From Octopus sinensis (taxonomy: Eukaryota): a stretch of DNA of 64,000 nt. A program made the translations under genes and the position numbers. The stretch is from positions 27,590,001 through 27,654,000 of the forward strand of contig NC_043014.1 of NCBI RefSeq assembly GCF_006345805.1, given 5' to 3'. How positions within the stretch are numbered: the first letter of the stretch is position 1; each line of letters opens with the position of its first letter. Below, one piece after another: positions 38,376 through 52,499 of the stretch. Below the pieces are notes generated by a model that had not been told where the DNA came from, searched no databases, and saw nothing but the letters and a program-made list of their open reading frames with translations.

Positions 38376-39668
38376 CACGGTGCAGTAAATAAATTGTTGT
38401 CTAAATTACACAAAAATGAAAATAACACTGACATCTCATTTTAACAGATATATTTACAAAAATTACATAAAAATATATTGAAATACTGAAGAGTAAATTT
38501 ATTCAATAAAATTACCATTGGCTTTAATCACGGCCTCCAGGTGACTTTGGAATCTCCTGCAATTCTTCTGGACAGTCTCCTTGTTTAAGTTTATGGCAGC
38601 ATTCAGCTGCCATAATCTTTGCTTTCAGTTCATCTTTGATGTTACAAGGAGTTTTGTTGGTCTCTCAACTCAACTGCACCCCACACATAATAATCAAGGG
38701 AGTTGCAGTGTGGTGAGTTAGGTGGCCAGATTTTAGGGGTGGTGTGGTCGTAGAAATTGTCTGACTGCTATGACTAGGTTCTCCTGTTTGTGTGGCACAG
38801 TGCAGAGTCCTGTTGCCAGACATAGGGTCTTCCAGCATCCACCCTCTTGACCCAGGGCAGCATTACCTCCTCCAGATATTTGATGTAGGCCTCTGTATTG
38901 AATCTGAGGTCGTGTGAGAAGATGAATGGAAGCATAACATCACTATCGCTAGTGATCACTCCAAACACCATGATGTTGACTGGATGTTTGATTTTTATTA
39001 GTCTCGGTACATGTTTTGGGGATAAGCCAACAGTTGTTCTGTGTTTACCATCTGATCCTGGCAGAAATTTTTCTTGTCTGAGAAAAACCAAAGCATGTTC
39101 AGTTGGCAGGGGTGCTTGAGTTTGTTCAAAAGCTTCATAGCATGGGCTTTCCTCTTGTCCTTGATGGCTTGGGATAAAAATTGGCCCTTTCTCATCTTGT
39201 ATGAGGAATACCAAATGTCTTCATGCACTACCTGCCCAATAAGAAACTCAGACACTCTAATGTGCCTGGCGATGGACCTGACTGATTTGGAGGGGTCGTT
39301 TTCATTCATGGCCTCGATCTCACCAACAAATTCAGGAGTTCTCTTATCAGAATGAGTTTTCTGAACTGCTGTACCTCTGTAATCACCATTAGACTCATCC
39401 AACCCTTTCCAAATTCTCTGTACTGACCTCAGATTGACATCCAAACACTCTGAAATGTTTGTCTTGAAGCTTCTCGCACAAATGCCAAGAAGTACAGCAT
39501 GTCATTTCCAAATTTCTGGCAGAGTAAATTGCATCATGGTACTGTTTTTCTCACAGACAATGCCCAGTTGACCCTACTATACTGTATAGTCGACAAAACC
39601 AAAAACAAACTATGTGCATGTGTGAAATAAAAAATATAAAATGGCAACAATTTACCCATTGCACCCTG
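38376..39668 (-). mobile_element. Full-span maT (DD37D) Tc1/mariner element with decayed transposase
   Basis: TA TSDs; ~26-bp TIRs (CACGGTGCAGTAAATAAATTGTTGTC / GGCAACAATTTACCCATTGCACCCTG); FSDKKNF and QQDSA...WPPNSPHCNSLDY with 37 residues between the last two Asp. Confidence 0.88.
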
Positions 39669-40479
39669 TACACACACACACATATATATAGATATATATA
39701 TATATCTCAATTCAAATACATGGTAGCTTGAAATAATCACCATAATGTCATTTGTTGACAAGGTAGTCTACAAAAAGCTGTCATAAGATTGATCTTTCTG
39801 ACAGCTCTGGTTGAAGAGCATAAGCAAGAATAATAGTTGTTCCAGTTTGCAAAACTAGCCTAAGCTTAAGTATCCTCTCACACACTCTGCCTACCTTGAC
39901 TGCCTTATCAACCCATTTCTCAGCAAGAAGTATGTCCACACCATCAATCCCATTGCTATTACCTACCCAGATTGTATACTTACATCCTTTGCCTGTGACG
40001 AACCTGGTAGAAGCCACCCCAGCTTCTTGAATGCAATACACATGTACACACCTTCATTCTAGCATCTCAACAATCTCCTTAGACCTACCTTTCAATGTTT
40101 CCAAGTACATGTATAAAGGTGTGTAACCTAGTGATTAGCATATTACCCTCATGATCACAAGATCATGGTTTTGATTCTTGCACCAGGTGGTACATTGTGT
40201 TCTTGAGCAAAAAAACATTTCACATTGCCCTGCAATCATTTTGACATCTTACATGTGGCAGAGTGTGCATCTGTACAAGCAATGTCAATTTGATAGCAAG
40301 AGCAAGCTAATGTACAGCACAAACATTTGTTACTATAAAACAAATCATCTGTGCAGGCAGTTCAGCAAGAAATTGCACAACCATTTTTCTCACACTCAAG
40401 AGACTACCAAGAAGATATATGTATATATATACATATATATATATCTATAGCTATCTAGCAAACTATCTATCAATATATG

Positions 40480-40825
40480 CTGATGCTGAGACCCCCTTTG
40501 GTCACGACACTGACCAAGGGATTGCACCTAGAAAGTTACCCCCCCAGGCACAAGTCCAGGCAAGGTTGTTTATAGAAGACCAGCAGTCGCCCATGCATAC
40601 TGGCCTCCCCTCTCCATGCCACCGATGTTATCCAAGGAAAAGGCAAAGGCCGAAACAGCTTGACACCTGTGATGTCGCAACTCATTTCTACAGCTGAATG
40701 AACTGGAGCAACATGAAATAAAGTTTCTTGCTCAAGAACACAACACGCAGCCCGGTCCAGGATTCGAACTCACAACCTCACGATTGTAAGCTTGACGCTC
40801 GAACCACTGAGCCATGCACCTTCAC
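40480..40825 (-). mobile_element. tRNA-derived SINE
   Basis: Minus strand TGGCTCAGTGG (A box), GAGTTCGAATCC (B box), then the GTGTTCTTGAGCAAG core also seen at about 9510-9640 and 40120-40220. Confidence 0.75.
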
Positions 40826-43133
40826 ATTTTTGTGAATAGAAATAAGTTAATTGCTAAATTTATTTTTATCAGATTATTTAAGTATGCTGGAATAAGTAAA
40901 ATATATTCTTTTTATTCTGAAGTTTATATATATACACAAATATATATAAACTCTGGCAAATAAAGTGAAAGTATGATCATCTTCCTCCTTCCCAACACAT
41001 CATTTATACACAACCCACGAGTATGGAGTTCTATATCCTAACTACAACTTCTCTCTTTTATTTTATCAATAATAAGTATCTTCCACCACCCAACTTTCGA
41101 CCCAGAACATGTATGACTCAATAGATCAAAGAATGAAGATTAGTGAATACAAACCAGTCTGGGTTGCCAAGCATTGATGTAGCATATCTCGCTGAAATGA
41201 GAAATAAAAGAAAATGAAATAAAAATGATATTCAGTGCCAGAGTGTACATGTATGTATGGGGGGGGGGGGCACACATGCTTGTGTGTGTGTACATGTTCA
41301 AGTATGCTGCTAATTTACCAATTACAATCACACTTATTCAGAAAATAATTGTCATTACTACTGTTCTCATTGTTTCATGGAACATTTGTACACTCCCTTC
41401 TTCTAGTTTTGGTATGGGACAGACAAGTCTACCTTATGACATGTCAATAGAGTAGATACCATTTTACAACATTGTCTAATACTGTTCAAACTACACACCT
41501 TTCAAATGCTAAGCTTAGCAATCTTTGATAGCTTCTCATGAAGACAGAAAAGTTTTCACATTGCAAAATCTGTTCTTCCTCCAACTAAAAAGCAAATTTC
41601 CATAAAGAATTTTTCGTGTATTGCATTCAGTACAGCTAGGGGTGATCATATTATTTTAATATGCAGTCAAGACAAGAAAGGATCTTAGTTTACACACTCA
41701 AAAATATATATCTATATATATACTGCCAGATCTGACTGGACTGGTGCAGCTTTCGGGCTCCCCAGACCCCAGTTGAACCGTCCAACCCATGCTAGCATGG
41801 AAAGCGGACGTTAAATGATGATGATGATGATGATGATACATATATAATGTATTGTTCCATGATAGAGAGATCAACAAAAAAGTACTCCATCTGGTGAAAG
41901 ATAAATATTATTTATTTAAAGGTCACAATACATGTCTTTAAGGGCTACTAATAATTTCATATGTTGAGAAATACCTCAAACATATTCATCAGGCACAAAT
42001 ATGCACACAGGCTTAGCTGTGTGATTAAAAAAGTTTGCTTCCTCACATCATGGTTTTAGGTTCAGTCCAAATGTGTTGCACCTTGAGCAAGTGTCTATAG
42101 TTCCAAGCCAACCAAATCTTTTGGATTTGAAAGGTGGTAACTGAAAGCCCTAGTATATGTGTGTGTGTGTGTTTGTGTCTCCTTGCAGTGACATCATGTG
42201 ACTGATGTAAATGAATGTCATTCATTTCAATATTCTACAAAAAACATGTCCAGCTATGGGGAAATATTACCTTACTAGGATACAGGTAAGGATAGGTATC
42301 AGGAAAGTTATCAAACCCACACAAGAATGGATAAGTGGAGTGGATGTTAAAATGCTGTTGCAGACAATCATATATATTATATGCCTTTCATATAAGAGAC
42401 TAAGAATAACTGACACTGTACTTTGCTTAATAATTTATTGAAAAAATTAATAGCCATTAGAATAGTTAAAATCACAATATATATTTTAAAAATTTAGGCA
42501 GCTAATCACTAGTATTGTACTTAATTGAATTCTAATTTATTTTTCCAATACTTCTTTTTCATTTTTAATGATTTCAGATAATTTCACACACTCTACACCT
42601 TTAAAATTAAATATGCATGAAATAATAGCATTGATTGTTGAAATATCTAGTCTGTTCTTTTTTCATCCAGTCATTCATTTCAGATTTGTAGAGAGAAAAA
42701 AATTTAAATGTTTATATAAAAACAAAATGGAAAATATTTATCATCAACATGAAAAATTATTTTAAAAAATTTAAATAAAATTAAAAAATTGGGGCAAAGC
42801 ATTCTTTCAGGATAATGGGACTGTTCTTTGGAAACTGGGATGAATACCAGAAAACTGAGACATCTGAGCACTCTAAGTATACCACTTCTTCACTTATTTA
42901 TCCATGACACTGATCCATTCAAGCTAATTCTCTTAACTCATTTCAATTTTCCTAATTTGACAATCTCTCAGTATGTTGCCCAAAAGTCTCATATCTTAAC
43001 ATCACATCATTTATGTCAATTAATCTTTCAAAGGCATTTTAAATTGAAACTGTTTAAACAGAATGCTCTCTCTCTCTCTATGAGGGAGTGGACATACAAA
43101 ATAAAGTGGCTCTCAATATATTTGGTAGGAGTT

Positions 43134-44330
43134 ATATGAAGGTAAGTCAAAAATTGTACACACTCTTGTTTCTCTAATTTATTAAAACAAAAGTAGGGGT
43201 TGAACAATTACATCATTTTTTAACATAGTTTTCTTGCTTTTCAAAGCACTTCTTCCAGTGGTCCACAAGTTTGTTTATTCTATCAGAGAAGAAGGTTCTT
43301 CAGCTGGTTGTGCAACCATTCATGCACTGCTTCCTGCATGTATTTGCCCACAGAAAATTGACAACCTCATAAAGAATGTTTGAGTGGTCCACAGAGGTGA
43401 TAGTTGGAAGGGGTGATTCCTGGATTGTATGTAGAGTGTTCCAGTAACTTGAAACCCAATTTTTCAATGGTGTGGGTGGCTGTACATTGTTGTGCAACAA
43501 TAACACTTCCTTTGACAATAGACTTTGGTATTTGGTGTGAATAGCTGGTTTCAGTTTGTTGGCCAGCATTTAACTGTAGCCTACACTGGTGACTCTGTAA
43601 CCTTCCGGTAAAAAACCCTTTTGCATCCCAGAAAACAGTTTGCATGACTTCTTTTGCAGAAAGTTAAGTCTTCAATTTCTTTGCTGATAATTCTGGGATT
43701 TCCACACTATACACTGCCTTCTGGATTCTGGCTCAAACTGATGAACCCAACTCTCATCTTCTGTAGAGGTTGAGTAAACATTAACAAACCTCCACACAAC
43801 TAAGCCTTCCACACATTGGTAAGCTCTCACAGCATCCATCCCACACAGACTATACAGAAGTGAAGCTTGTCATGAATGTTTCGCACACAGAACTAAGACT
43901 AACTTGCAGAGAACCTGCCACCTCATTGATGGTCACTCATCAGTTCACCAGAACCATCTCTCAAGCTTGTTGAATCTGCATGTTAGTGGTGGAAGTTGAT
44001 AAGTGCCCTGCTCCCTCTTTGTGCTTCACATTTATCTGGCCAGTCTTAAACTTCTCACTCCACTCATACACACATCAAAGTGGTTATGTATTGTCTCCAT
44101 ATTGTACTGAAACCCGATGATGAATTTCAGCCCTTGACACATCAGACCAGAGAAATCTGATCACTGATCTCTGTTCTTCCTTGGTGCACGCTGCCAGCAG
44201 GATAGACATATTTATTCTGTAACACAAGAAAGAAAACTGAAATTATCATGGTCAAACTTCAGATACATAACCACAAGTGTACTATCTTTTAGCATGTGAG
44301 TGCTGAAGGCAATGCAGCCAACCTAAAGTA
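43134..44330 (-). mobile_element. Decayed mariner transposon
   Basis: MQTVFWD, LLLHNN and a degenerate YSPDLAPSDYHLFGPLK (TYNPGITPSNYHLCGPLK). Boundaries approximate. Confidence 0.75.
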
Positions 44331-44479
44331 AGTTCTTGTTTATTTTTTTGTAACAGTTTGATTCAGTTCCATATGACAAAGTTTCACAGACACATAAGAT
44401 GAACCCATTTCATCAGCTATCTCTCCATATATCTGGTGAGATGGGTTCATCCTACATAATCAGGAAATTTTAAGTCATG

Positions 44480-47400
44480 TAGAGCTGAGTTACCACATAG
44501 CGAAAAGGAATATCGTTCTGAAGTGTAAAGACAACACTCAAAAATATACATTGGTCCTATGATATTACTGTTTTATGTTCTTTATAGTCAATGGTGAGGA
44601 TAGGTACCACTTTGGAATATCATAAGCTGGATCAAATTCTTCAAAATCTGTTTTGTGTGTGAACTTTGTATACCTATCATGTCATATTTCACAATTCATT
44701 CAGCCACCTGTCTGAAAGTCAAATTCTCTTCCACAAAACTGTAGTGGATATGCATGCTAAGATACCATCTGAGAAATTGTGCTATATTAGAACTCACAAA
44801 AAAGTGCTGTGGACAGACACCTTTTTGCATTTACAAGAAGCAACAATAATGATGAAGCTGGTGGAAAAACTGGTCAGCTTTGTGTTCTACCATCAAGTTG
44901 TATGTGTAACTACCACTGCATGTACAAACAAACACATGAAACAATGGCATATTTTCATTGCTTCAGCAGCCTAGAACACTTCAGTACTTCCGCTGCAACT
45001 CCAAATGAAAATTTAAGAGATTTGTGAGAATGTTTGACATTCTCACAACTAAAGTTTTCCATATAAAACTGAGAAAATGAGTGATTGCTAACTGCAAAGT
45101 ATTTGGACATGTATATCAAAGAATGCCAAAAATGGGTTTGCTACATACAATCAAATTGATTCCATCATATTACCAGAGCCTCAAGAAAAGTGCTCTTCAA
45201 TATTGTTAAACCCTAGATGCTTAATGGGCTTTGTTGCGACTTTAGCAGGAATTCACCTTGCAAAGAAGACAACTAATGCATCAATTTACTCAAAACAGAT
45301 GAAAATAGATGTTCCTCTAACAGAAGAGCATTAGAAGATGGAGGCACTCAAAACGTGATTGGACTGCATGAAATTAACAATGAATAGTTTCCTCCTGCTC
45401 CCACCTAAGGAACAAATTCAATGCAGCTGAGTTCTGTAACTCAATAAAGTCTATCAAATACTACTGAAAATAAGTTAACAAGAAATCTAATACAGCAATG
45501 TTTGCTCTGATGAAGCAAAATAGTTTTGATAACATCATCCAATTTCAGCATGGATGATACATCAACAACAATGACACTTTTTAACATATTTTTGTTTTTT
45601 ACATTCATGAGAGGTATCCAGGCATTCAACAACTTGTTGTGCACTTGGAAAATGACCAATGAGTTTACTTCACAAGCACAATATCCAGGGGACCCAATAC
45701 TTACAACGCTTATTCAAGAGGATAGCTTTGCCAGTCCTCTTGCATAAGCATTGTTGTACCATCATATAGTAGGTTCTATCCTACTATATGTGGAACACAT
45801 CATAAAGATGAAAAAACAAGGTTGAAAACAAGCCTGACATAAGTTTTAACAGTGCTATTTAGACAGTATATACTGTATATCCCAGTCAACATGGATGCTT
45901 CTCCATGAAGATTGAGGTCCAAGTCGATTTCAAAGCCTTCATAAAGTAGGTAGAAAAGTTTGCACCACCTACAGAGAGGCATGCCTTAGGCATGATACCA
46001 AATGGGATGCAACATTGTCACAATCTTCTGAATCTCAAACAACCAAAATTATTTGGGTTTTGTATACTGCACTATTAAAATGCTGTGATCTTTCCAATCT
46101 GCTTTAAGCTTGACTCATATATCATGATGACATAGCTGAAAATTTCAAGCATCAAGTAGAACAATAACCAACTTCTCCCAATATGGAAATAGGATGTGTA
46201 CATGAATTCTACAATGCAGCCTTCAATGACTTTGAGAAGAAGCTCAATAATATAAATGGTCAACAAAAGAATAAGTTCTCCCTTAACCTAACCACTCTGA
46301 AGTCAATAAGCTATGAAAGAGACATAACAAAATGGTGACACATAAAGATAATATATCAATGACCATGAACCCAAACTTGCTGAAGATAAAAGAGCAGTTT
46401 ATTCTACTATTTTTGAAAAGGCTCACCAAAAAGAAGCTGGGATATGTTTCCTTGATGCTCCTCTTGGAACTGGAAAGACATTCTTGTGCTGTTGTTTTTC
46501 AGGTATTGCTGCTATGCTCCTTCCTAGTGCCATACAGCACTTTCTATTTGCAAGGTTCTCTAAGATACACATGATGCACCAGCATACAACATTTCCAGTA
46601 TTCAAGAACCAGACAGGAGAATCCAAATGCTTGCCTAGAATGAAGGGACAATTACTCCTTTACTTATTTCAGTCATTTGATTGTGGTCATGCTGGAGCAT
46701 CGCCTTTAGTCGAGCAAATCGTCCCCAGGACTTATTCTTTGTAAGCCTAGTACTTATTATATCGGTCTCTTTTGCTGAACCGCTAAGTTACGGTGACGTA
46801 AACACACCAGCATTGGCTGTCAAGCGATGTTGGTGGGACAAACACAGACATACACACATACATACATATATATGACGGGCTTCTTTCAGTTTCCATCTAC
46901 CAAATCCACTTACAAGGCCGAGGTTATAGTAGAAGACACTTGCCCAAGGCGCCATGCAGTGGGACTGAACCCGGAACCATGTGGTTTGTAAGCAAACTAC
47001 TTAGCACACAGTGACTCCTACGCAAGAGAACATTTGAGGTCCTCGGCAAGATATTGGAGAACTTACATGACAACAGATCTCAAAAGAAAAGTATTGCCAG
47101 GTGACTTCCATCAAAATCCAGCCAGATCACAAAAGAGGACAAAAACCAATGAAATCCATACCAGCCTTCAATCATCATTGATTCAGACTAAGGTTAATAT
47201 TTAAACTAACTACCAAAACCAGGCTCTGTCTTTTTGGAGATCAGCTGTCAGGTTAGTTTGCCAAACATGTTTTGAGCTAGAAAGTGAAGACTTCTTTCTA
47301 ACAATAATGTTGCCATTGAGCCAATGAATTAACATCAAAGGTATTTATGACTCCTAACTTGCAACATCTTAACCTAATGTGAGAAAGAGCTAGACCTGTA

Positions 47401-47850
47401 TCAAAAATATTATGATCAAGATCATCAACAGATAGCTGTTGCAGGTACTTCAAGGAAAAGTCACACCAAATCAATGGCTTAAGCTCTAGATTAGAAAGAA
47501 GTAATTCACTTTCCCACAAAATTTGAAACATTCTAGGAATCTTCAGGTTTATCTCAGACTTCAGCTAAAAGAAAAATCCTCGATAATGTTGTATAATTTA
47601 GATCAGCCAAAGTTATGCAATGATACAAAACTAATGGTTAACAAACATCATCGAAGCTAACATTCTCACTGATACACCAATGGAGAGGATGTGATTATAT
47701 GCCATCCACACTAATAGATGTGCTCTTTTTATTTAGAAGATTTCAGTTTCTAGTATATGTCAATTTCTAAATCCCGAGGGCAAACAATAATAGCTGATGG
47801 ACTGTATCTTGAGGATTCCTACTTTGCTCATGACCATAATATCTAGAAGT
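44480..47850 (+). mobile_element. Degenerate Helitron Rep-PIF1 helicase remnant, interrupted by SINEs
   Basis: HAKIPSEKLCYIR, QLVVHLEN, CFLDAP.GTGKTF (Walker A), a GDF.Q motif and PKLCN...SKSRGQT-like motifs. The 3' hairpin/CTRR was not located. Confidence 0.75.
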
Positions 47851-48439
47851 ACTGATGTGCATGTAGATATTTACTAAGGCTGTGATGGAGAGATCTAATA
47901 CTGTTGTAGTTGGGACTCATGACAATTCTCAGGACCAGCTGTTACTACATACATTGCAAGTTCCAATATTTAAATATGAGTTTTCTCTATGCACTCCAGT
48001 TTCCACATGTTATAACATGTGGAAAGGATGATTTTACTTCGAAGGTGATTGACAATCTGGTTCATATTCATTTTTCAAATTGGTTTCAAATAGAATTAAA
48101 CTGATTTTATTTTCACTTGATCATGTTTACTCATTTAATATGCTTGAATTAGTTATATACCATTTACACAAATAAATTATGTAATACACTGAACCCAAAT
48201 CTGAAGCACATTGCATTAGATATCAGACTACTATAAATATAGAAAACAATTTAATTTCTTGAAAAGAAGATAAATTTTCACAAGAAATCCCAGTGTTCTG
48301 TTATACAAAATACATTTTTATTAAAATCAATTCTGGGTCATTTACAATGATGGTGTTGATTAAAAGGAAACTGAAAGCATATGATTACAAGGTGACCAGC
48401 AGCATTTTTATTATATACCCATCACTATGCCTATATTAA

Positions 48440-48659
48440 CCTTTTATCATTTAATCCAGCCACATACAGCCCACATATTCAACTTGTTTTATGTTAAAAC
48501 TGACTAGATCCAACCTCTCAGACCTACCCTACAATGCCATTCTAAAAATATATGAACATGCCATTGAAATCTTTAAGCCAAAAGATAATCCATGATTAAT
48601 TCTAAACAATGTGAATAAATAAGCAATACATTTGACAAAGCAATCTGAATGCTAAAGGG
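48440..48659. mobile_element. piggyBac-type MITE
   Basis: TTAA flanks; CCTTTTATCATT and AATGCTAAAGGG termini; related pieces at about 11460-11640 and 29965-30040. Confidence 0.6.
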
Positions 48660-49023
48660 TTAAACAATATATATTCCATATGTAAATTAAACATTATTTA
48701 TTCGTGGAGTTATACAAAACAAAGCCTAATTGCCTACATTTCTATTTTCTATTCTTTAAGAAAATTTCTTCATGGTTATGAAAATTGTGAAAACAAGCTC
48801 TGAAATTCCATCTTTTAAAAACTTCTTGCCAGTGCACACCCTCTGTTTCAGAGTAGACAATCAACACTAGCTCTTCCATTTTTGACATTGTATTCGAAAA
48901 CTATTCTCTGAATTAGATATATTATTCAGAGGAAAATATAATCCTACCAGAAAAAAATCTAATTTAAATTTAGGGTTAAGATTAAAGTTTAAAATTAGTT
49001 ACATGGAGAGGGAACAAATTCAA

Positions 49024-49923
49024 AAAAATTAAATGGATCTTTTCCCTTTGAACAGCAGATCAAGAAATTAATTTTTTGTACTAAACACTTTCAAACTTCA
49101 GACACTGGTAGAACGTGTCATATAAAACATCTTTTACTCTTAGTGTTGTTGAGAAAAGTTTAAATTTTCAAAGTGATTTCGTGTTAAGTTGTCGTATTTC
49201 AGTAATTTCAACCAATCAGTGACATGTATTCAGCTGAATAAAATTACTGCCGTTGTTTGTCAACAACTATCAGCAGTGTATATTTCGTTTGTCACTGTTA
49301 TTTATTACATCATTCATGCATTTGCACTGGTTTTAGGGTTAGGGCTAAGGTTTTAGAGTTAGGGTTAGGATTAGGGTTTTAGGGTTAAGGTTAGGGTTTT
49401 AGGGTTAGGGTTTGAGAGTTAGAGTTAGGGTTTTAGGGCTAGGGTTGGGAGGTTAGGGTTAGAGTTATGGAAAAAAAAGTGGAAAATGAAGAAATTTGGG
49501 GGGGGGGGGGCAAAAAGTCTTTCCGAAAATAGTAGCTGAAAAACAGGAAAAAAACTAAAAGCAGTAGAAATGCACAAACGATTGCGGTTGTGCCATGAAG
49601 TAAACATGCTTTAGATACACTCATTTATTCATACAAATGTAACGGAGATGAAATATGTCATAAATAACAGTGACAAACGAAATATACACTGCTGGAAGTT
49701 GTTGTTGACAAAAAACGGCAGTAATTTTATTCAGCTGAATACACGTCATTGATTGGTTGAACTTACTGAAATCACTTTGAAAATACAAACTTTTCTCAAC
49801 AACACTAAGAGTAAAAGATGTTTTATATGACACATTCTACCAGTGTCCGAAGTTTGAAAGTGTTTAGTTACAAAAAATTAATTTCTCGATATGCCGTTCA
49901 AAGGGTAAATATCCAATTAAATT
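49024..49923. mobile_element. Fold-back/MITE with ~290-bp inverted arms
   Basis: About 49024-49320 is the reverse complement of about 49640-49923. Confidence 0.85.
49331..49468 (+). repeat. Interstitial TTAGGG-like array
   Basis: About 11 perfect TTAGGG units plus variants (TTAGAG, TTAAGG, CTAGGG). Confidence 0.9.
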
Positions 49924-50529
49924 TGTGATTTTCTTTTTATATGGAACTAGGAATCAAAAAAATTTCTAAATAAGTTAAAAGATACATGAGTAGGATGTTT
50001 ACTGCACAACTCAACCATATATTATAACACCTTTCTTTTTATAGGCAAGTAAATTTTCAGAAACAGAAAAAAATGCTTGTTGCTGATAATATAAATGCAA
50101 TGATATAATAATTTTATGCAGAATTACCATCATTTAAATTCAACTAATTAGCTAAAAACAGTCTATTTTCTGGGCAACCCTGGTATCCTTCAAGTATACA
50201 TACATATGTATGTGTATGACAAGAAGGGCTTCAACATATTCTATCTTGCCCATGCAAGCATGGAAAAGTTGACATTAAACAATGGTGATGACGGTTATTT
50301 TATTGAGTACATCTTTAATTGAGGCCTTCCATCCAAATCTTACTATGCAGGATATTTCAGCATTCATTTCTTTTCTTCCCCAAGTAGATACACTCCTTCA
50401 TTTCATCCTTCACATCATTATTCAGCTTCATGCTGTTTTCATAGCAGAGGAGTCCAACCCATGCAAGCTTGGAAAATAGACTTTAAAGGATGATGATGAT
50501 GATGATGAAGTATTTTGTTTTCATATAGT

Positions 50530-51040
50530 TTATTTTGAGGCCTACTGCTGAACTATAGGTGTCCAGCTTTGTCAGCATTCTCTTTCAGCTGAACTGATTT
50601 ATGTTTCTGGGAACTGGAGGTGTATCTTACCATTGATGTCAATGTCACCAATGTCTCTGATGACCAATTCAAAACATGACGAATAGCTTCAGAGAGATGG
50701 CATCTCCTTGTTTAACACCCTTTGTGACTGGAACTAATATAGATGGTGACAGCTAACCTATATCAAAGCACATCTTGAGCTTGTCTCTCTGAGAAGTTTG
50801 ATGTATTGTGCTTCAACTTTTTGCATTTCCTGAGACTCCAGTGCTACATTCACCTTCACACCTTCAATGGCCTTTTCACAATCAACAAAGGAGATACAAA
50901 GAGACAGCTGCTACTCTTTTGTTCATTTTAGAAGCTGTGTCAGAATGAATATGTAGTCTATTATACTGTAGTTACTTGGAAAACCTACATGTCTCCTCAG
51001 TTGTTGGTCATCAAGATGCTTCAACAGTCTAGTGGAGTGC
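50530..51040 (-). mobile_element. Degenerate RTE-type RT fragment
   Basis: DYIFIL.Q...LC.SFVD.EKA...KGVKQGDAIS on the minus strand. Confidence 0.6.
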
Positions 51041-52499
51041 TAGCTCGCTCTCCATCTCTCTCTCTCTCACACACACATGGCAGAGCTCTTTTCAAAACTG
51101 AAGGAAACTGAGAGGGTTTCTTTTTTCTGTTTTTTTTTTGTGGGTAGGGGCCTGCCAGATATTCACAGATACTGGATTGATGTATCAGCTAAACTATACC
51201 CCCTATAAAGCATGGATGGATGGATGGATGGATAGATAGACAGATAGATAGATGATGCACACACATGTTAAGTCAATAACATTTTGTATTGATAAAATAT
51301 AGCTACAGTTGCCTTGTTACGAATTGTTGAACTGGCCAATGAGATAGCAATTCCCTAGTCATTCGAACAGTAAGAAATAGTAGCCAAAACTCCTTCAAAT
51401 TATACCCTACTGTTTTCTATTCACTTTTAATATACATTAAAGGAATATAAATTAATTTCAGTAATTAACAGTATAGCGAATGTTTTCTGGTTGGTTTGTT
51501 TACTGTTAGTGTATGAACCTCTACTTTTATATGTTTCCTATTTGGAAATAGATAAATATATTTAACTTTTGAAGTAGGAATATATATTGATAAACCCGTC
51601 ACTTATAACTTACTTCTAAGTGTTATCATTATACGTAAATCCTGACTCCAGCTACATAAACGCCATAGTGAGAAGTATATTTTCTGAAACACTAATGGAC
51701 ATTTTATACATGCATGTATGTTGAATATAAATAATTTCATTTTCTTTTAACCGCTATAAAAAATACAGTTTCAGAATTACAGAAATACATTTCATTAATA
51801 AGTTGAAGAACGTGAAGAAAGAGAAAAGAATTACTACATTATTTCATTTACGTACATTTAGCATTTTTAATATTTATAATACAGTTTGAAGTAAAGTAAT
51901 TTTGTTGTAGAGAATTACGACTTAAAATTTACGCTAATTCTTCATACTAACTATATAGATCTCAACAATTCAAACAAGTCTTGTTGGATTTTTCATATAC
52001 ATGGCATAAAAAAATAACCAATATCTCAAAGGAGTGAGTGTTGTGGAGTTTAGTTACATCCCACAAACACTAAAGTTTTCCCCAAAATCCAGGGTTTTTA
52101 TAACTGCTCAACTTGACTTTAAAGAATTGAAATCACATAAAAATATTCTTTAACTCATTTTCAGAATTCCTATATGAGCAGTTATTTCAACCAATAGGAA
52201 AACGACAATACGACATTACATCATATTGCCAGCTACCACAAATTGGTGGTACTATTTGAAAATGGCTACACGCTACAAGTTCTTTATTTTTCCAATTAGG
52301 CCACCACATTTCTATGAACAAATACCCTGTACTTTCTTAACAATTTTACTGCATCTTCCCCAACGGGAGTTCAAATCTGCCTCAACCACCTTTCAGGTCA
52401 GTCATCAGCTCAACCCCGAACAATGGTCAACCACCTAACTTAAAGAAGGCTGTTAATATCAAATTCAATGAGACATTAAAGGGGTTGTTCGCCTTCTTT

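Noticed and set aside
37040-40105. One RTE LINE split by the maT element
   Set aside because: The two RTE pieces overlap the same endonuclease region, so they are separate copies.
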